Shown: positions 60,793 through 64,000 of the stretch, piece after piece
Numbering within the stretch: the stretch's first letter is position 1
Layout: each line of letters starts with the position of its first letter
Origin: Octopus vulgaris
Taxonomy: Eukaryota
DNA length: 64,000 nt
Reading direction: 5' to 3'
Assembly (NCBI GenBank): GCA_951406725.2
Contig: OX597815.1
Span: 78,616,001 to 78,680,000, forward strand
Position numbers and translations under genes: made by a program
Notes under the pieces: generated by a model
The model's database searches: none
What the model was told of the DNA's origin: nothing
The model's input: the letters and a program-made list of their open reading frames with translations, nothing else

Positions 60793-61012
60793 CTCTTGTT
60801 ACCATATTTCTGTTGAGATGCTTTGTGCTTCTTTCAATTAATTATAAATATAACAAAGAATTTAGTAAAATAACTTAGTTATCATTAAGCTAGTGTTAAG
60901 ATCATAAATTGTGACTAAGGTTTGGTGGAAGATTTTAATTCAGAACTTTTGAAAACAAGACATTTTTACTACAGAGTCAGAGGCAGTTTCAGCTGGGTTG
61001 ATATCAAAAGGG
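60793..61012. mobile_element. TTAA MITE (piggyBac-like) at the truncated end of the Penelope copy
   Basis: TTAA|CTCTTGTTACC ... GATATCAAAAGGG|TTAA. Confidence 0.7.
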
Positions 61013-63482
61013 TTAAGGAAAGGAAAATCTCCAAGATAAAGCTATTTATATGAATTTACAATCAGTAATTTTCTACTAATAAGAAAATAAAATAATATAT
61101 GATGATTGGAAAGCTAAAAAATATTGTATTGATTTGTGCTAAACTCAATCTTGAGACATTAAAGAAACAGTAAAGCAACATTGGTAATTGTTTGGCTAGT
61201 CCAAGTCAGTCTTGATTGATCAAACCAATATTCAAAGCATTCCAGCTGTGACCAACTTGCTTTTTGTACAGCAAGACTACATCATCCAAAATACTTTTTA
61301 TTCAAGGCAGTAGAGTGTAATTTAAGAAAACTGTTAGCCATTTCTAACTGGCTGAGTAACCAAATAGAAGCTCCTTTGGTAGCTCACAAAAATAGAAAGT
61401 TTTTAAATACACACATACTCATAAAAAATCAATCATATTGAAATTTATAATAATAGTTCAATATTTTAAATCAGACTTTCATTGAAATTCTACATATTTT
61501 CATAAATTTTGCATCAGCATGCATGAGAGAGAGAGAGCATATGCTTTACTGTCTCCTTGTCTTGACATCACATGATGGTTGTAGGTAAGAGCTCCATCAT
61601 GAAAGCAGTGTCCATTTCCAATTATCCATGAAAACATGTATGATCATGGGGAAATATCACCTTATTGGAAATAGGTGAGTGTTACCAATAGGAAAGGTAT
61701 TGAGCTGTAGAAAATGTACCTCAACAGATTCTGTCCAACTCATGCAAGTATAGGAAAGTGGGTGTTAAAATGATGACGATATTGAAACAATTACAAAGTA
61801 CTGAACATCTCTCTACTTATTGAGACAAATCTTCCCCAGCTGTAGCTGATACCGTCATCATAGCACTGTGTACAGGTATGAAAATGTTTTCAGATCACTC
61901 CCAATTGCCTCAGACTTAATGCTTTTCTTCTTCAGTTAAATAACCATATTTGTTTTCTTTTAAATGAAGAGTGAAGGCAGTGTCCATAACCCTTTACAGC
62001 ACCACTGAGATTGATGGATGAGGAAGAGGTATCCTCAAACCAGAAACCTATTCTGAATACTTATTACAAAGTGTACTTCATTAAAGGCAGCTGCAAGGTG
62101 CCAGTGTTAAACAGGGAAAGACTATTGTGACACTGCAATTTAAAGAAAACTAAGTGTATCACTTCAATGCATTTTCAAAATTTCTACTTATACTGGTACC
62201 ATTACAGCTTTTGTATAATATGGGACAAATCATTAGATTCAGGAATAATAATCTCATCCTCCACTTCACACTCAAACCAAAACCTATGAAAATATCTAAG
62301 AAAAATATTTCCTCTTCCATTTTTTCAAATATTTGCAATGTCTCGCCCAACAAATATCTCTACTATCCAAACTACACAGTATATTAAAACTTCTCTCTGA
62401 AAGATGTGTTTGTATATATGTAGAACTCAATGTCCACACCACACACCCAGGTATCATGAATAAGGACTTCCAGTTGCTGTAACTCAGTTTCCCCTTTTTC
62501 ATTCTTCTAAATTCCTCTATTCCTTCTACCCACTCTGAACATCATGTCAACAATAGGTGAATCAACACCCATTCCGCTTTAAGAATACTTATTTCACTTC
62601 ACTTGTCTCTGAAATCATAACTGCCAGAAACTTCAATATTTACAACACCTCTTAGCACTTCATACTCCTCCTACATTGATGCTGCTGGTATAAATGCAGA
62701 ATCTTTCACTATCTACAACAAATATATCCTCCTCTACACATATTCCTCACTAATACATTGACATCTTTAATCTCATTTCCAAACCCAGGCTCTATCAAAC
62801 CCTTAACATCTCTGCTCTTATTGAGCTGTCCAATAATTAGCTAAATCCATATATTATGCAACTTCCCCTCTCCCCCAAAACTATCAACACTAGGACTTTA
62901 TGGACCTTCAAATCAGCTGACTGATTGAGATTTGCTGGTTTTATGCTAATTAATCCTGATAAGAAATGTGGTTCCACCTTTGACCCATCAGAAACAGCTA
63001 AATAGTCAACTGAAACCATCCTCTTAGGTTTGTCTCTTTACAACCACCTTCTCCAAAGTGACAATCTATAACAGCTCCCATAGGACAGGATCTACTGAAG
63101 AACTGGTCTAGTATCTCACTCATCAGTAGTACCTCATACTCAAGAAATTTGACAAAAACAATGCCACTGATCTTGACATCAGCTAAAACAGCTGACATGA
63201 AAATCTTGCTAAATTTCTTACATATAGTCTTCCTCCAACTCATATTTTGGGTCGGTAGCTGCCTATTAGAATGCACTATCACATATGTGCAAAGATAGGT
63301 GGGGGGGATGTCATTTTGAATTTTACTCCAATTCAGATGTGCACTATAGTTATACTGCCTACACTCATCTTCTTGTACATAAACAATCTAATTGTTGTCA
63401 CCTCAAACAATGCTGATTCTTACACAGATGCCTCACTTCACTCCTTAACCTTCATCATACCTATGCAACTGAGACCCCTCAG

Positions 63483-63645
63483 CATCATCATCATTGTTCG
63501 ACCATGGTCGAGACAATGGAATTTATCATGCTACGCCAGACTTCATGGTCCATCATAGCATTACGGAGGTCCTGTTGCTGGATGCCTGTATCCCTGGAGA
63601 TTACATCAGGGTAGGATAGTGTGCGCCCTCTGGTATTGCGAGCAG
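63483..63645 (-). mobile_element. RTE/RTEX-like LINE extreme 3' end
   Basis: TRGRTLSYPDVISRDTGIQQQDLRNAMMDHEVWRSM followed directly by a (TGA)n tail. Confidence 0.75.
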
Positions 63646-64000
63646 GGTTAGGGTTTTGGATTGCCTCAAAAAATGGAGAACTTGGAAACATTCTTTAATG
63701 GAGATATGACAATCCTTCAAAGGCACAAAGACATGTCCACTACTAGTCTATGGCATCGTTCACTTAAAACCCTTGAATTTATTACAACAAAGCAAAAATT
63801 ACTGTCACATCTGGAGTGGCCCTGCTAAAACATCCTAGGTTATATACAAAAGGAAAACCATCCACTAGCATGGATTCACCCAAGTTTATTCACAGTACCT
63901 TTTAAACAGTATCCACTTAGCAGAGATAGCTAACCTCATACCACCTCTACGTATATCTATGCATTAGTTAGAGAAGCATACATGCAAACATCTAGTGTTA

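Noticed and set aside
61800-63280. Possible old LINE fragment on the minus strand (ORFs 62837-63282)
   Set aside because: The composition suggests decayed coding sequence, but I could not identify a diagnostic motif.
63645-63655. Interstitial telomere repeat GGGTTAGGGTT
   Set aside because: Fewer than two full units, which is expected by chance.
52789-64000. GM130 first exon (expected KLAAAKKK-type peptide) and its promoter
   Set aside because: No matching exon or CpG island was found, so it probably lies beyond the window end.

Overview
AT-rich, repeat-dense animal genomic DNA. The SINE/LINE/Penelope repertoire and (TGA)n-tailed elements suggest a coleoid cephalopod such as Octopus (inference). 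One minus-strand gene spans at least 2.2-52.8 kb: a golgin A2/GM130 (GOLGA2) homolog. I traced 16 GT-AG exons (52788 down to 2177, 1316 nt, about 438 codons) that join in one open frame; the ORF track misses this. I did not find its first exon or 3' exons, which probably lie outside the window. The introns hold a young 5'-truncated RTE LINE, RTE-tail repeats, tRNA SINEs, and mariner, hAT, piggyBac-type, Helitron, CR1 and Penelope relics. Most notable: (i) a CpG-retaining island in the 12 kb intron, bracketed by an inverted pair of TATA/exon/splice-donor modules and holding a mitochondrial-presequence-like ORF that could splice in frame to the 3' half of GM130; (ii) two Penelope-associated hammerhead relics, one behind a tRNA-type Pol III promoter; (iii) a 24-nt microexon; (iv) an internally inverted mariner. 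None of these is proven to be a new system. All coordinates were read by hand.
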